From positions 132,370,001 to 132,434,000 of the forward strand of contig OZ024742.1 of the NCBI GenBank assembly GCA_964016885.1: a DNA stretch of 64,000 nt, in the 5' to 3' direction. Source of the DNA: Eledone cirrhosa (lineage: Eukaryota). This document shows positions 27,171 to 41,485 of this stretch, piece by piece (position 1 is the stretch's first letter; every line of letters starts with the position of its first letter). The notes under the pieces were generated by a model that ran no database searches, was not told the origin of the DNA, and saw only the letters and a program-made list of their open reading frames with translations. Made by a program: the position numbers and the translations under genes.

Positions 27171-27412
27171 TATATATATATATATATATTTGTATGTATA
27201 TATATGTTGAAATATACGTCTGTCTCTATCCAAGAAAATCTTGAACTGTTTAGGTATCTTATCTTGGTTATGTCAATATTTATAAAACAAACTTTGTATT
27301 TTATCTGATGAGGCGGTCACTACTAAGTTCTCGCCTGGTGAAACTGAACCCGAAACAACACACTGTGTGTAGCAACCTTCTCGATTGCACACCCTTGCAC
27401 TCTTCGTCAAAC

Positions 27413-27482
<70 letters not shown>

Positions 27483-27676
27483 ATATATATATACATATAT
27501 ATATATTTATGTATATATATATACATATATATATATATTTATGTATATATATATATACATATATATATATTTATGTATATATATATACATATATATATAT
27601 ATTTATGTATATATATATATACATATCTATACATACATATATATGTATATATATATAACATCCATATAAAATATAC

Positions 27677-27824
<148 letters not shown>

Positions 27825-27927
27825 ACAACGGGTGATAGTGAGGGAGAGAAGGAGTTGGAAACTGATTGATTGATCGTTAAATAGATAAATAGAAAGATAG
27901 ATAGATAGTTAGATACATACATATATG

Positions 27928-27980
<53 letters not shown>

Positions 27981-27981
27981 G

Positions 27982-28015
<34 letters not shown>

Positions 28016-28699
28016 CATACATATATTTATATGGATGTATGGATGGACTAAACTGCTCCGGGATGGTTGTATGGATTGATAGATTGTTCAATGGATGGAT
28101 GTATAGAAGGATTGATGGATATATGGATGCATGTATGTATGGACGGAATAATAGATGTACCGGAAGCAAGATAAATCACTGTATTGCTGGTTATATGGAT
28201 AGCTTGAGAGGAATTGTGCATTGAATGATGGATGAATGAATGGGAAATTTGTTGGACTGAAAAGAAAATAGATTTGTTAAGCTTGGAAGGGGTGATTTGG
28301 TCATTTAGATGGATCGAAATAAACCTGACGTACTCGTCACTGAATTTTACTGAAGTAATCGAAATGTGGCGAATCTAGATAGATGGAAATCTAAATGGAT
28401 TTTAATAATAGGAATTACGAAGCCGTTGGTGTGTTAGAATCTGTACTGGTATTCAGTAGCTAACACTTTGTTTGTATTTTAAATTCCAACCATTTCTACA
28501 CTTAGATTTAAAAAACTTTCTCTTTTGTCCCTGCATTTTCATTTTCCACTGGAGTTAAAAAGTAACGTACCTCAAGCAATAACTCCGATACTCCCATCCC
28601 CGATATTCTTTAGTTGAAAATGTCAACACAGAAATTTTATATGAATATGAAGGTAATTTCTTTTAATTTGTAATGTTTTATTGAGTTGTACATAGTTTA

Positions 28700-29150
28700 T
28701 ACATCATCGTCATTGCGACCAATGTTGAATAAGAATAATCCTGACAAGGTCTCTCCACAATTCCCGATTTTCCATTGCTCCTGGCAACTGCTCCCTACAG
28801 AGGTTATTATCATCTGAGTGGTGATCGATGAAGGTTTGAGCAGGTCTTCCTCTATTGCAGGTCTTCCTCGTGAGTTGGCTCCCACAAACGTAGATTGTGC
28901 ACAACTTCCTGCTTACTTCTCCAGAAACGTCCTGTAAAACGTAACCGTCTTTGAGTAATTATCGTTGTAATCTTTGACATGATTCTTTATAAACTTCCAT
29001 TTTAAATACGTTGATGCCAGTTTATGTTTTGTACAAACCTAGCATTTTAGTGTATACACCATCGAGATTCTTTTCCAGTGCTTGTGTCAAGGTCCATGTA
29101 CCTGATCCATACAACAACACTGATTTAACAGGTGCTCTGAAAAATGATAT
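28700..29150 (-). mobile_element. Degraded RTE-like LINE 3' fragment
   Basis: Minus-strand translation VLLYGSGTWTLTQALEKNLDGVYTKML and ...SRGRP...AMENRELWR. Confidence 0.75.
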
Positions 29151-29409
29151 ATTTTAGTGTATTATTAAGGTTTGTCATGATAAATTTTAGCAGTTTTTGA
29201 TAATGTTTTCAGCTCTTTATTTTACCATGTGTATATTAACTGCTGTATTGTTCCTCGTCTCGAATACTTGTCACTAGTACAAATGTACCCCGACACCCGA
29301 TTTAGGGATCTCTATTCCCTTACCCTCATGCCTGATTGATACACTCATCTCTCTACCAATCTTCAATTCTGATGCTTCTTAGCTCTCAGTATAATCACTT
29401 AACCTATGA

Positions 29410-29525
29410 TCTGTGCTCAAATCCCACCGATGTTAACTGTGCCTTTCATCCTTACGGGGTCTATAAAATAAAGTACCAGTCACACACTGCATAATTGCTG
29501 GCCTTGTACCAAAGTAGAAACAGTT
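29410..29525 (+). mobile_element. Octopus-type tRNA-derived SINE fragment
   Basis: gcctttcatccttacggggtc.ataaaataaagtaccagt...ggccttgt.cc.aagtagaaac; homologous to 46330-46522. Confidence 0.8.
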
Positions 29526-30175
29526 ATAATCACTTAAGCTTTCATTCAAACTTCCTCTGGATTTCTGCTACTTTATTGAATTCTTCTTCAGCCTAACCTC
29601 TTGCTAAGATTTAGCCATCCGCAGTTGTTTATGAACGTATCCTTCATCGAGTTTACCAATCTGACCGTTTCTGCCTATCACACGAAAATAAATTTAAGTA
29701 TTCAATATCAGGACATTAGAAGGGAAAATGATGGAAGAACCGTACACACAGTTAAGATCAAGAACTTCTGTACCAGTGATATATGGATTCTATTTCACAA
29801 ATGTTTATCTAATGGCATGCTGATGTATCAAGTCTGCGAATTAAGTTTGTAAAGAAATAAAATAATAATAAAAATAATATGTGTTATTGTCGAGTAGGTT
29901 ATAGCTTGCGTCCATATGAGAACCAGTTACATACAATATATACAAATAGTATATTGAATTAATCTAATTTCATTCGCCTCCTGTAATAATTAGCGTATCA
30001 TTATCATTGAAAATATCAGTAGCTACTTGAAAAACGTCCTGAACAAAAGAACATAACAAATAGAATAAGGAATATAACAATCTGAATAAGAGTGGCGAAG
30101 TAGCCTGGGCTACAATAAACTAACACTTTTCCAGGAATTATGTTATTTCTATTTGGTTTGTAAATAGCAATGCAG

Positions 30176-30248
<73 letters not shown>

Positions 30249-30787
30249 CAACTGGAAGCTTAGTAAAACCGAAGCTTTGGCTGCGCCTAAGCAAAACCGA
30301 CCTACAATAAGGAATGAGTAGCAAAGCACTCAATAAGGATAGGTTCTTAGTGTAATCACATTACGTTTAAAAGCTTGACAAATTGAAAATTGGGGTAGGC
30401 AAAAACCAACCAAACAATACCAAAAACTACGAAAGAACTAATCAGGTAAAAACATAATACCTGCACATGTCGAACGATATACAGCAATACGTCCAATATG
30501 TTTCTATGAATTCGAAATCATCCATCCAACTTACGTAACACGTAAGCTTGTCTTATTCCATGATCGAACAGGGGATTCACTTCATCAACAGGGATTCCGT
30601 TCTTCTGCCTCAAACTGGTGTGAACATTAACTAAATGCGACTGCCACAATAGACAGCTTTCAATCATTTCGTTGTCACGTGTTATTTCCAACAAGGGAAG
30701 CAACCACCGGTTTTTGGTGGGTATGTGTGTGTGCGTTTGTGTATGCATATATATATGTGTAGGTATGTATATATATATATATATGTA

Positions 30788-32127
30788 TATTAGTAAAAGG
30801 AAAAAAAATGCTGACAATTTTTTCCCAGTGAAAAATAGTTTAAGTAGGAATAAGTATAAATTAGTAATAAGTATTGGTTAGTATTCAGTTTTAGTTTTAA
30901 GTTTTTACCGGTTGCGCATTTCTAATGCTTTTCAAAAATAATTTTCAGATAAAGCGCTCGTGATGTTTGCTCTAATCTGATCAGTTTTGGAAAAACATTC
31001 TAACACATGCCAAAGTACTGCCAACTACAACAACGAAACCCACATTAAAAAAAATGTGATATACCTAAATGTGGCATATATGCATCAACCTAATAGAGGG
31101 TTCGGAATTCTATTTCAAAGATGGACAACGTTTTATAGTAAAACACAATTTCACATGCGCATCAGAAAATCTAATATATGTATTAACCTGCTCAGGTTGT
31201 CGAGAACAATACATAGGCCATACTAAAATCAGCCTCCGCCAACGCATGACTGTCCATAGATCCCAAATTAAAATGCGGGAATACAGAAAAATAAAACTGA
31301 GTGAAAACATTGATACCTGTGCCGCCCAAAATCATCCCAGCTTTTGAATCTTTCCCCTCTACAAATTTAAAGATAATGCCACCCACACCCAGCGCATCAG
31401 CAAGGAATCTCACTTTATTAACAAATACGGACCCCATCTAAATCCGTCTCCCTAAGACGAACCCACACCATACACACGTCAACATACATACCTACATCAG
31501 AATACATCCTACATACATTTCTATCCACATATAAACACAATGACATACGTAAACACACATGTTCTATGGTGCAACACAGATATACACAAATTTGCATACC
31601 TTTTGATGTTTATAGATATAAACGTGCCGACACACACACATACATATACGCACACATGCATTGCACACTGATGGGCACATACATATTTGTACACAAGTAT
31701 TCCCATACGGCAGGGCCTAGTGGATATCCCCTTGCAGTACGTACAATATGGACACTCACACACACCTTGGTGTTATGACAATACTATACATAATTTCACC
31801 CCTTTTATTATTAATGTTTTTGATGTTCTTTTGAGAGAATCGTTTTTGCAAATTACTGAAAATATCGAATAATGCACACCATTTTTATCAGTATCACAAA
31901 AATACTGGTCCATCCACACACAGACAGAGACACACACATACACACATACACACACATACACATACACACGCGTACACTAATATACAAACATACACACACA
32001 CACACACACTTCTTCGTATAAGACAAGAGCTGAAAAATATCTTTCAACATGTTAAAATATCTCCCACACACGTACACACACATTCCTACTGACCGAACTT
32101 ATTCCCTCTACCACGAACCAGTCTGCT

Positions 32128-32158
<31 letters not shown>

Positions 32159-32257
32159 TATTTGTCTTAATAGACACTTGATCTGTTGACCTTTCAACAT
32201 GACAGCAATTCACACACACATCCCTACTGACCATTATCACAACAATGAACCTCTTTA

Positions 32258-32299
<42 letters not shown>

Positions 32300-32762
32300 T
32301 TGTCTTAATAAACTTATTTTTCAGTGACTTCTCAATCAGGCGAAAAACGACACTCTACGACAAACCTACATTTGGCGCAAAATCAATTTTTAACATTCAC
32401 GTGACCGCTACAGACCAATCAAAATTGTTTTGACTACAATAATTTTTGCAACACGAATTGGTGCGAAATGTATAGTACTCACTCACGTGACATTCAACAA
32501 CCAACCAAATCTTAATACCTCTGGAGCCACTTTTTCACATAAAACGGGAAGAATTTCCAAAACTAATCAGATTAGAGCAAACATCACGGGCGCTCTATCT
32601 CAAAATTATTTTTGAAAAGCATTAGAAATGCGCAACCGGTAAAGGCTTAAAACTAAAACTGAATACTAACCAATATTTATTACTAATTTATACTTATTCC
32701 TAATTAAACTATTTTTCACTGGGAAAAATTTGTTAGCATTTCCTTTTCCTTTTACTAGTATA
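30788..32762 (+). mobile_element. 5'-truncated Neptune-type PLE (GIY-YIG fragment) with inverted pseudo-LTRs
   Basis: 31069-31453 C..C, NFTCASENLIYVLTCSGCREQYIG. 30790-30990 is the reverse complement of 32557-32760. Confidence 0.88.
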
Positions 32763-32813
32763 TCACAACTCGTGTGTTACACCTCTATTTTTTTAAATAT
32801 ATATGTATATATT

Positions 32814-32878
<65 letters not shown>

Positions 32879-32909
32879 ACAAGGAGAAAGAGACGATTAT
32901 GAGGAGGAC

Positions 32910-33600
32910 AATATCGGCCTGAGAATCAACACCAAAAAGACCAAGGTAATGAGAACGGCCAGCAACACAGGTCCAGTGATCAGAGTCAACCAACAGGACC
33001 TCGAGGAAGTCGATAACTTCACCTATCTGGCCAGCATCCTGACAAGCAGCCGCGACGTGGAGCTCGACATCAACTGTCCTTTCGGCCAAGCCGTGTGTTC
33101 CAGCGTCTGTGCCCAGTTTGGTCGTCTTCATGCATTAGCACCAATACCAAGCTCCGCCTGTACAAGAGCATCGTGCTGCCGACAGTTCTTTATACGAGCG
33201 AGACCTGGAAGAGTACGGCGAAAATAGAGAGACGGCTGTACGCTTTCCACCAGCGGTGTTTGCGAAATATCCTTCGTGTCTCCTGGCGTAACCGAGTGCG
33301 AAGCGAGGAGATACTGCTGAGAGTCGAGTCGTGGACGCTACAGAGAATGGTCACGGAGCGTCGGTGCCGTCTGGCTGGCTATATATTCTGCGTCTGCCAA
33401 ATGAACGGCATTCGAAAACAGCGATGAACAGGACTCCGCCTGGCGGTGAACGGAGGCGACGAATGTTCCGGAAGGACATGATGGCAGCCAATAGCACCTG
33501 GCACGGTCTCGAAAAAGTTGTCGCTGATCGTGACCGTTGCCGAGTACTTACTGATCGATGCGCCGAGCGGCGCGTAAAAATCTGAGACTGAGACTAAGAT
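32910..33600 (+). mobile_element. RTE LINE 3' fragment (inverted relative of 38387-39078)
   Basis: FTYLAS, KLRLYKSIVLPTVLYTSETW, FHQRCLR; short-repeat tail ctgagactgagactaaga. Confidence 0.92.
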
Positions 33601-33611
33601 ATATATATATA

Positions 33612-33659
<48 letters not shown>

Positions 33660-33666
<7 letters not shown>

Positions 33667-33928
33667 AGATCAAAAGATGGTTAAAGGAGTTCAATATATT
33701 TTATTATGCGCATTTCAAAGACAAACATCATCAAACAATAATATTTGTGTTTTCATCAGATAAAACAGGAGAACATGATATGAAGGCTAAAAAAACACTT
33801 GTTGATAGTGCAGTTTTAAATCAACATATCTTTTGATCTTATATTATGCATACTCCAGTCCCACAAACTGTAGAGTGCTTCTTATCCGATATCTGCATTG
33901 CTTTATTGTACTACAATAAAACTCACCT

Positions 33929-33932
<4 letters not shown>
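33660..33932 (-). mobile_element. Solo pseudo-LTR with hammerhead and internal inversion
   Basis: Near-identical to parts of 19367-19780; minus-strand CTGATGA...GAAATGCGCATA. Confidence 0.87.
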
Positions 33933-33976
<44 letters not shown>

Positions 33977-34034
33977 TATATATATATATATATATATATT
34001 TATTCAGGTTTGAGGTTCACCACTGTATAGAGCT

Positions 34035-34256
34035 GGTCTATTCCGTATGGTCAATCGTAATGCAATAATATAGAGAGTACTCAACGTAAAGCAGTTCAAC
34101 CGTCTTTGTTTTTGTAGTTGGTGGTGCTATTGACGATTGACCATACGGAATAGACCTAATAGCACCACCAACTACAAAAACAAAGACGGTTGAACTGCTT
34201 TACGTTGAGTACTCTCTATATTATTGCATTACGATTGACCATACGGAATAGACCTA
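34035..34256. repeat. Perfect ~96 bp inverted repeat whose spacer is a copy of the arm end
   Basis: ggtctattccgtatgg...ggtgctatt / aatagcacc...ccatacggaatagacc; spacer acgattgaccatacggaatagacct. Confidence 0.9.
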
Positions 34257-34349
34257 TCACCGGATTCATACGGAACCCGGTCATTGAAATGATCATAGTA
34301 TAATAAACCTTTCAAGGATTTACACAAATCCAGCCTCCTGTCATTTCAT

Positions 34350-34397
<48 letters not shown>

Positions 34398-34404
34398 ATA
34401 TTAA

Positions 34405-34515
34405 TAATTGTTTCTACTTTAGGCACAAGGCCAGCAATTACGCAGTACCTTACTGGTTCTTTATTTTATCGACCCCGTAAGGCAAAGTTAATCTAGGCGG
34501 GATTTGAACTCAGGA
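34405..34515 (-). mobile_element. Octopus-type SINE fragment
   Basis: tttctactttaggcacaaggcc...tttatcgaccccgtaagg...gatttgaactcag. Confidence 0.8.
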
Positions 34516-34569
34516 ATAATAATAAAATGTGGAGAGGAGGCAAACGAGTTAGGATATATATATATATAT

Positions 34570-34635
34570 ATATATAGGATATATATATATATATCGATGC
34601 ACCGAACGGTGCGTAAAAATCTGAGACTAAGACTA

Positions 34636-34723
<88 letters not shown>

Positions 34724-34777
34724 TTATATGTTCATATATATATATATATATATGAATATATATATATGTATATATTC

Positions 34778-34809
<32 letters not shown>

Positions 34810-34951
34810 ATATATGGCAACATTTAGGACCGAGTAAGATAGATTACCGATATAAAAGACAGCGAGAAGCGAAAACCAACCAAACAGTGAGTGTGTTCTG
34901 TTATTAATTCTGGCAATATTATTATACACAAATATGACCCTCCCCAAGTAT

Positions 34952-34993
<42 letters not shown>

Positions 34994-35130
34994 ATACTTG
35001 GGGAGGGTCATATTTGTGTAATATTGCCAGAATTAATAACAGAACACACTCACTGTTTGGTTGGTTTTCGCTTCTCGCTGTCTTTTATATCGGTAATCTA
35101 ACTTACTCGGTCCTAAATGTTGCCATATAT

Positions 35131-35164
<34 letters not shown>

Positions 35165-35216
35165 GAATATATACATATATATATATGAATATATATATAT
35201 ATATATGAATATATAA

Positions 35217-35264
<48 letters not shown>

Positions 35265-35347
35265 TTATATATTCATATATATCTTAGTCTTAGTCTCAGA
35301 TTTTTACGCACCGTACGGTGCATCGATATATATATATATATATCCTG

Positions 35348-35350
<3 letters not shown>
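34570..35350. repeat. ~780 bp palindrome centred on (TA)n at ~34973
   Basis: The arms include the RTE 3' tail, its flank and a pseudo-LTR-like terminus (tgaccctccccaagtataacaat). Confidence 0.88.
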
Positions 35351-35378
<28 letters not shown>

Positions 35379-35395
35379 ATATATGTATGCATATA

Positions 35396-35450
<55 letters not shown>

Positions 35451-35497
35451 ATAAAATGTGGAGAGGAGGCACACGAGTTAGGATATATATATATATT

Positions 35498-38110
35498 TGA
35501 AAACAGGGAGAAAGAGACGATTATGAGGAAGAAAAATATATTGTATTCCTTTTCTTTGTCTCTCACTCTCTCTTTTTTCTCGGTTAGAAAATGATTAAAA
35601 CGAAATGTTTTACGTTGTGTGAAGTGTTAAGGTATTAGTTGATTTATTTATTATTTAACAATGGCATTTATTTATCTATTTAATTATCGTCTATTACCGG
35701 TTTCTGCATTTATATGCATTATCAAATGATAGTGAAATGTATTAGTGTGATGTCGCACATGTTAAACAGAAGGTGCAGAAAGAATAATGTTATTTACAAA
35801 CAAGGTTTAAGAAGTGAAAAGAAAAAAGAAAAAGGAAAGAAAAACGTGCATAATGTGGAACGTAAAAAGTCAATGTGGAAGAAAAAATAATAATGTTATT
35901 TACAAGCACAGTCATTGAAGTTAAGCAGTTCAAAATGTGTTAATATCGCACGAGTCCTTAGTTGAACCATGGTTCCGTGAAGGAGTCAAATGGTGGACTG
36001 TGGTTTGATATGATTTCCCTTTTTAGAGAGTTAATATGCAGGGGGAAGCAATTCTTGCTGGGTGATATTTAATTTATTTGAGAAAAAGGATTAGGTAGGG
36101 TGTGAGGGAGGTAACTCTTGTAAATGTTTGATGGTTTGTTGCAGTTTTAGATTGGTCCGATTGGTCCGATTTTTAGGTCATTGAGTAGTGGTTTAAATTG
36201 ATTAATGAAATGTGTTTCCTCATTGGTGCGTTGGATGAAAGTAGCGTTGTCTATGAATTTGTAAATGGGGAAAATTTTAAAGTTTGGATGTTGGTTGAGA
36301 GCACAATTGGCGATGTGTTCACTAAATGCTATCTTTCTGTATTCCTGTATTTTAATTTGTGATTTATGGACGGTCTTACGTTGACGGAGGCTGTTTTTTT
36401 GTCTCTCCTATGTAGTGCTCTTGACAGCCTGAGCAGGTCAAAACATAGATAAGGTTTTTAGATGCACATGTAAAGTTGTGTTTAACTGTGAAACGTTGTC
36501 CTTGTTTAAAATGGAATGTTGAATCTTCTATTAGATTTATGCATATGCCACAGTTGGGCCTTCCGCATTTTTTTACTATAAGGTTTATTGTGAGGTTTTG
36601 TTGGATTTTGGCTTGTGTGAGGATGTTTTTTATGGATTTGGGTTGTCTTTTGCTCTTTATGATGTTGTGTGTTTGGAGGATATTGTTCATTCTTGGGTCT
36701 CTTTTTAGTAAAGGAATATTCTGGAGGATGGTGTCGAATGCCTCATTGTTGAGGGGGTTGTGTGTGGAGATGTATGGTAGAGTTTTTTTGTTGCGGTTCA
36801 CTCCTGGGTTTGGGGTGTCTGAGTTCCTGGATGTCTAGTTTTAGGGCACGTTGGAATCCATTGGTGATTAGGGATGGCGGGTAGTTTCTGCTGATAAGTG
36901 TGTTTTTAATTCTTCTAGTCGTGTATAGCATGTGTATTTATCTGAAACTATTGTGCAGATCCTTCTGGCTAGGTTATAAAGTATTGCCATTTTGGTGTGT
37001 CTAGGGTGGCACGAGTTGAATGGAAGGTATTGTTTGGAGTCTGTGGGTTTGTAGTATATGTCTGTTTCTATTTTGTTGCTTGTCTCCTTGATGAGGATGT
37101 CGAGGAAAGGGAGTTGTTCATAGCTGTAATCCATTGTGAATTGTAAGTTATTGTTGAGCTCATTCAGAAGGGTTTTTAACTCAAACACTCTATCTATACT
37201 TTCATGCCAGAGGATGAAGGAGTCGTCGAGATTTCTCTTCCAGTTCTTTTCTATGTGTTGGTAGAAGTGGTTGCCGTATTTGTCTAGAACTTTTCGGTAC
37301 AGAATGGTATCCAAATATCCCATGACAAGGTTGGCGTATGAGGGGGCCACTTTCGTGCCCATGGCAGTCACACATTTCTGTCTGTAGTATTTGGCATTGA
37401 ATTCGAAGAAACTGTTTTTCAAAATGAATTTGAATCCCTCCAACACAAATTCTTTAGGGATGCGCTGTGGAAGTTCACTGTGGAAATGTTCACTACGGAA
37501 ATTTTCCAATCCTTTTTCTTAAATAAATTAAATATCACCCAGCAAGAATTGCTTACCCCTGCATATTAACTCTCTAAAAAGGGAAATCATATCAAACCAC
37601 AGTCCACCATTTGACTCCTTCACGGAACCATGATTCAACTAAGGACTCTTGCGACATTAACAGATTTTGAACTGCTTAACTTCAATGACTGTGCTTGTAA
37701 ATAACATTATTATTTTTTCTTCCACATTGACTTTTTACGTTCCACATTATGCACGTTTTTCTTTCCTTTTTCTTTTTCTTGTCACTTCTTAAACCTTGTT
37801 TGTATATAACATTATTCTTTCTGCACCTTCTGTTTAACATGTGCGACATCACACTAATACATTTCACTATCATTTGATAATGCATATAAATGCAGAAACC
37901 GGTAATAGACGATAATTAAATATATAAATAGATAAATAAATGCCATTGTTAAATAATAAATAAATCAACTAATACCTTAACACTTCACACAACGTAAAAC
38001 ATTTCGTTTTAATCATTTTCTAACCGAGAAAAAAGACAGAGTGAGAGACAAAGAAAAGAAATACAATATATTTTTCTTCCTCATGATCGTCTCTTTCTCC
38101 CTGTTTTCAT
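35498..38110 (-). mobile_element. 5'-truncated Neptune-type PLE (RT + GIY-YIG, disrupted) with ~600 bp inverted terminal duplication
   Basis: AMGTKVAPSYANLVMG, WKRNLDD, LPFLDI, YYKPTD..SCHP, KCGRPNCGIC, NLIYVLTC..YIGET at 36130-37509. 35498-36090 is the reverse complement of 37510-38110. Confidence 0.92.
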
Positions 38111-38232
38111 ATATATATATATCGTAACTCGTGTGCCTCCTCTCCACATTTTATTATATATTGGTTGGTTTTCGCTTCTCGCTGTCTTTTATATCGGTAA
38201 TCTAACTTACTCGGTCCTCAATGTTGCCATAT

Positions 38233-38287
<55 letters not shown>

Positions 38288-38342
38288 TATACATATTTAT
38301 ATATTCATATATATATATATATATATGAATATATAAGTGTGT

Positions 38343-38386
<44 letters not shown>

Positions 38387-38389
<3 letters not shown>

Positions 38390-41300
38390 TAGTCTTAGTC
38401 TCAGAATTTTACGCACCGATCGGTGCATCTATCAGTAAGTACTCGGCAACGGTGACGATCAGCGACAACTTTTTCGAGCTGTGCCAGGTGATTTTGGCTG
38501 CCGTCAGGTCCTTCCGAAACATTCATCGCCTCCGTTTACCGCCAGGCTGAGTCCTGTCAATCGCTGTTTTCGAATGCCGTCCATTTGGCAGACGCAGAAT
38601 ATGGCCAGCCAGACGGCACCGACGCTCCGTGACCATTCTCTATAGTGTCCACGACTCGACTCTCAGCAGTATCTCCTCGCTTCGCACTCGGTTACGCCAG
38701 GAGACACGAAGGATATTTCGCAAACACCGCTGGTGGAATGCGTACAGCAGTCTCTCTATTTTCGCCGTACTCTTCCAGGTCTCGCTCGTATAAAGCACTG
38801 TCGGCAGCACGATGCTCTTGTACAGGCGGAGCTTGGTCTTGGTGCTAATGCATGAAGACGACCAGACTGGGTATAGCCGCTGGAAAACTGCGGCTCCTTT
38901 GCCGATCCGACAGTTGATGTTGAGCTCCGGGTCGCCGCTGCTTGTCAGGATGCTGCCCAGATAGGTGAAGTTATCGACTTCCACGAGGTCCTGTTGGTTG
39001 ACTCTGATGACTGGACCTGTGTTGCTGGCCGTTCTCATGACCTTGGTCTTTTTGGTGTTGATTCTCAGGCCGATATTTTCCGCACTCTCTTGTAGTGATA
39101 TTGTTAGGGCCTGATATAGGCCTGATATTGTTAGATCTGCACTGTTTTCAGCGATCAAAGCGATGCCCTCGGCAAATGCTAGGTCCCTCAGCCTCGACTA
39201 CCCTCTCCATGTGATTCCTCGACCTGGTCCTTCATCCATTCACCTAAGTACGAAATCGGCTGCCAGCTGGAACAACAGTGGAGAGAGAATTCAACCCTGT
39301 CTTACTCCGGAGCCAATGTCAAAGAACCCCTCACACTGGACTCAGTCCGCACGCAGCAGCTGGGGTTTTCATGCAGTGCCTTGAAAATGGCGATGAATCT
39401 TGCAGGAATGCTGCTACAGTTGCGCATCATTCCACACCGACTCCCGGTGTACACTGTCGAATGCCTTCTGGAAAACAATAAGATTGACAGCCAAAGACTG
39501 TTGTAGCTCAACACATTGTTCGAGAATGTTGCGTATTGTAAAGATCTGTTCCGTGCAAGATCGATTATTTCGGAAGCCGGCTTGTTCCTCCCTGAGCACA
39601 GAGTCGACGCAGCAGCACAGTGCAGAACGCCTTGCCTGGGACTGACAGCAATGTGATACCACGTCAGTTGTTGCAGTCTGCCAGGTTTTGCCTTCTTCGG
39701 CAGTTTGACGATGACACCACGCATTCCACTCAAGGGGAGCCCGACCAACTCTCCAGCAGTGGTTCATCAAGTCCGTCAACGCCGTTATTGTGCTCTCCTC
39801 ACCCAATTTGAGCAGCTCAGGAGAGATCTCATCCAGTCCGCCTGCTTTGCTGTGCCTCAAGTGGCTAATCGCATCTCTCGTCTCTTGTTTGGTGATATGG
39901 TCCTCGCAGACTTTGAGTACCTCAGTGGTTGTTGGAGTCTCTGCAGTCAAGTTTATCAGTGTGACCCGATTTGGTTGGTTCAACGTCTCCCAAAAGTGCT
40001 CCATCCATCTCGGATCCTGTTCCGCTCCAGTGGTCAACGTCTTGGCATTTTAGTCCTTCACTGGCATGCTGGCACCGCTCGACTTTTCTCTCAACTCCCC
40101 CGCGATGCAGAACAGTGCTTTTGTGTCGTTTCGACCAGCAGATTCCTCTGCATCAACCCGTTTTTCTCCACCCAGTCACGTTTGTCCCGCCGGCAGCTTC
40201 GCTTTACCAGTCGGTCGATTTGGCGGTATACGGCATCTCTTTTCTTTTGGTCTTCCTGCGACCTGGTAGAATCTCGCTCGACTTTTGCCTTTTTTCGTCT
40301 GTCAATCAGGTCCCACGTTGGTTCTTGGATCCATTTTCCCCTACTCGTTCCTCGTCTTCGGTCAATAGTTTCTTGTGCTGCCTCAGTCACCGCTGTCGTA
40401 AACATCGTCCATTGATTTTCCAGATCACTCAACTCCCGGAATCGGTTTTGTAGCGCCAATTGGTACAGTCGCATTTGACCGGGATACTTCAGCTTCTCCA
40501 CTGCATATGGCTTTGGTCTTTCCTGTCGTGTCCGTTTCTTCAGGCGCAGCTGAAGTTTCGCACACAGTAGGTGGTGGTCTGAGCCCAAAGTCCCCACCTC
40601 GGTACACTCTGACGTGACTTTCCGAGGACCGCCAGCGCTAGTTGATGCAGATGTAGTCGATCTCTTTTCGGCTTTTCTGGTCCGGAGACTGCCAAGTAGC
40701 CTTGTGAATCTCCTTGTGTTTGTAATAGGTGTTGCTAATGCCCAAGCTGTTGATGGCACAAAACAACTGCAGTCTCTCACCGTTGTCCGTGGTGACCGCA
40801 GCAGAACCGAATGGCCCAGTGATCTGTTCCAGTCCCTGTTTGTTGCAGCCAATCTGAGCGTTTAAATCACTGATCAGTAGTTTGCTGTCATGGCTGGGCA
40901 AGTTATTAAATGTGTCCTGCAGCTGTTCGTAGAAGGCGTCCTTGTCGATGTCGGTTGCGTCATCAAACGGTGCGTAGCCCTGGACCACAGTGATTTTCGC
41001 ATGCCCACTTTGAAAACAGGAGGTTATGAAGCGCGCGCTGACTGGCTCCAATCCGATCAATGCTCGAGTTGCTCGGGCGCTAAGCACGAATCCAAAGCCA
41101 TGTACGTGCTTGTCTTGGTGTCCAGAGTAGAGCAGAGTTGTGTCCCTGCTGCCACTCATCTTTCCGCTGCCGGTCCAGCGCATTTCACTCACGCCCAGAA
41201 TGTCCAGTTGTCAGTGGTCGAACTAACGAAATAGCTGGGACAGCTTTGTATAGTATACGCACCTTCCAATTTCCAATTCGCATCTTTGTTTTGGTGCTCA

Positions 41301-41485
41301 GAATCCGGCTCATCGGAACCCCAACATCCTTTCGGCTTTGGTGGAAGTCCTTCAAGAGTGGAGTGTTTCTCACGCCTTCATCTTTACACCGATCATTTTT
41401 GTTTATTTGTTTGGCTTTTCTTGCTGTTTCTTTAGCGGTTAGAAATTTTACAGCAGTGCCGGGTTGCTAACCCGACGCCTGCCGC
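38387..41485 (-). mobile_element. Near full-length RTE-clade LINE (APE + RT), disrupted
   Basis: RIGNWKVR, SEMRWTGSG, IDYI, SDHHLL (APE); QAGFR, FQKAFDSV, FTYLGS, YTSETW (RT); tail (gactaa)n. Confidence 0.94.

Noticed and set aside
27296-27380. CTGATGA...GAAAC hammerhead-like boxes
   Set aside because: No complementary stem I after any candidate cleavage triplet.
39705-40453. Plus-strand ORFs of 160-236 aa
   Set aside because: Antisense shadows of the GC-richer RTE coding region.
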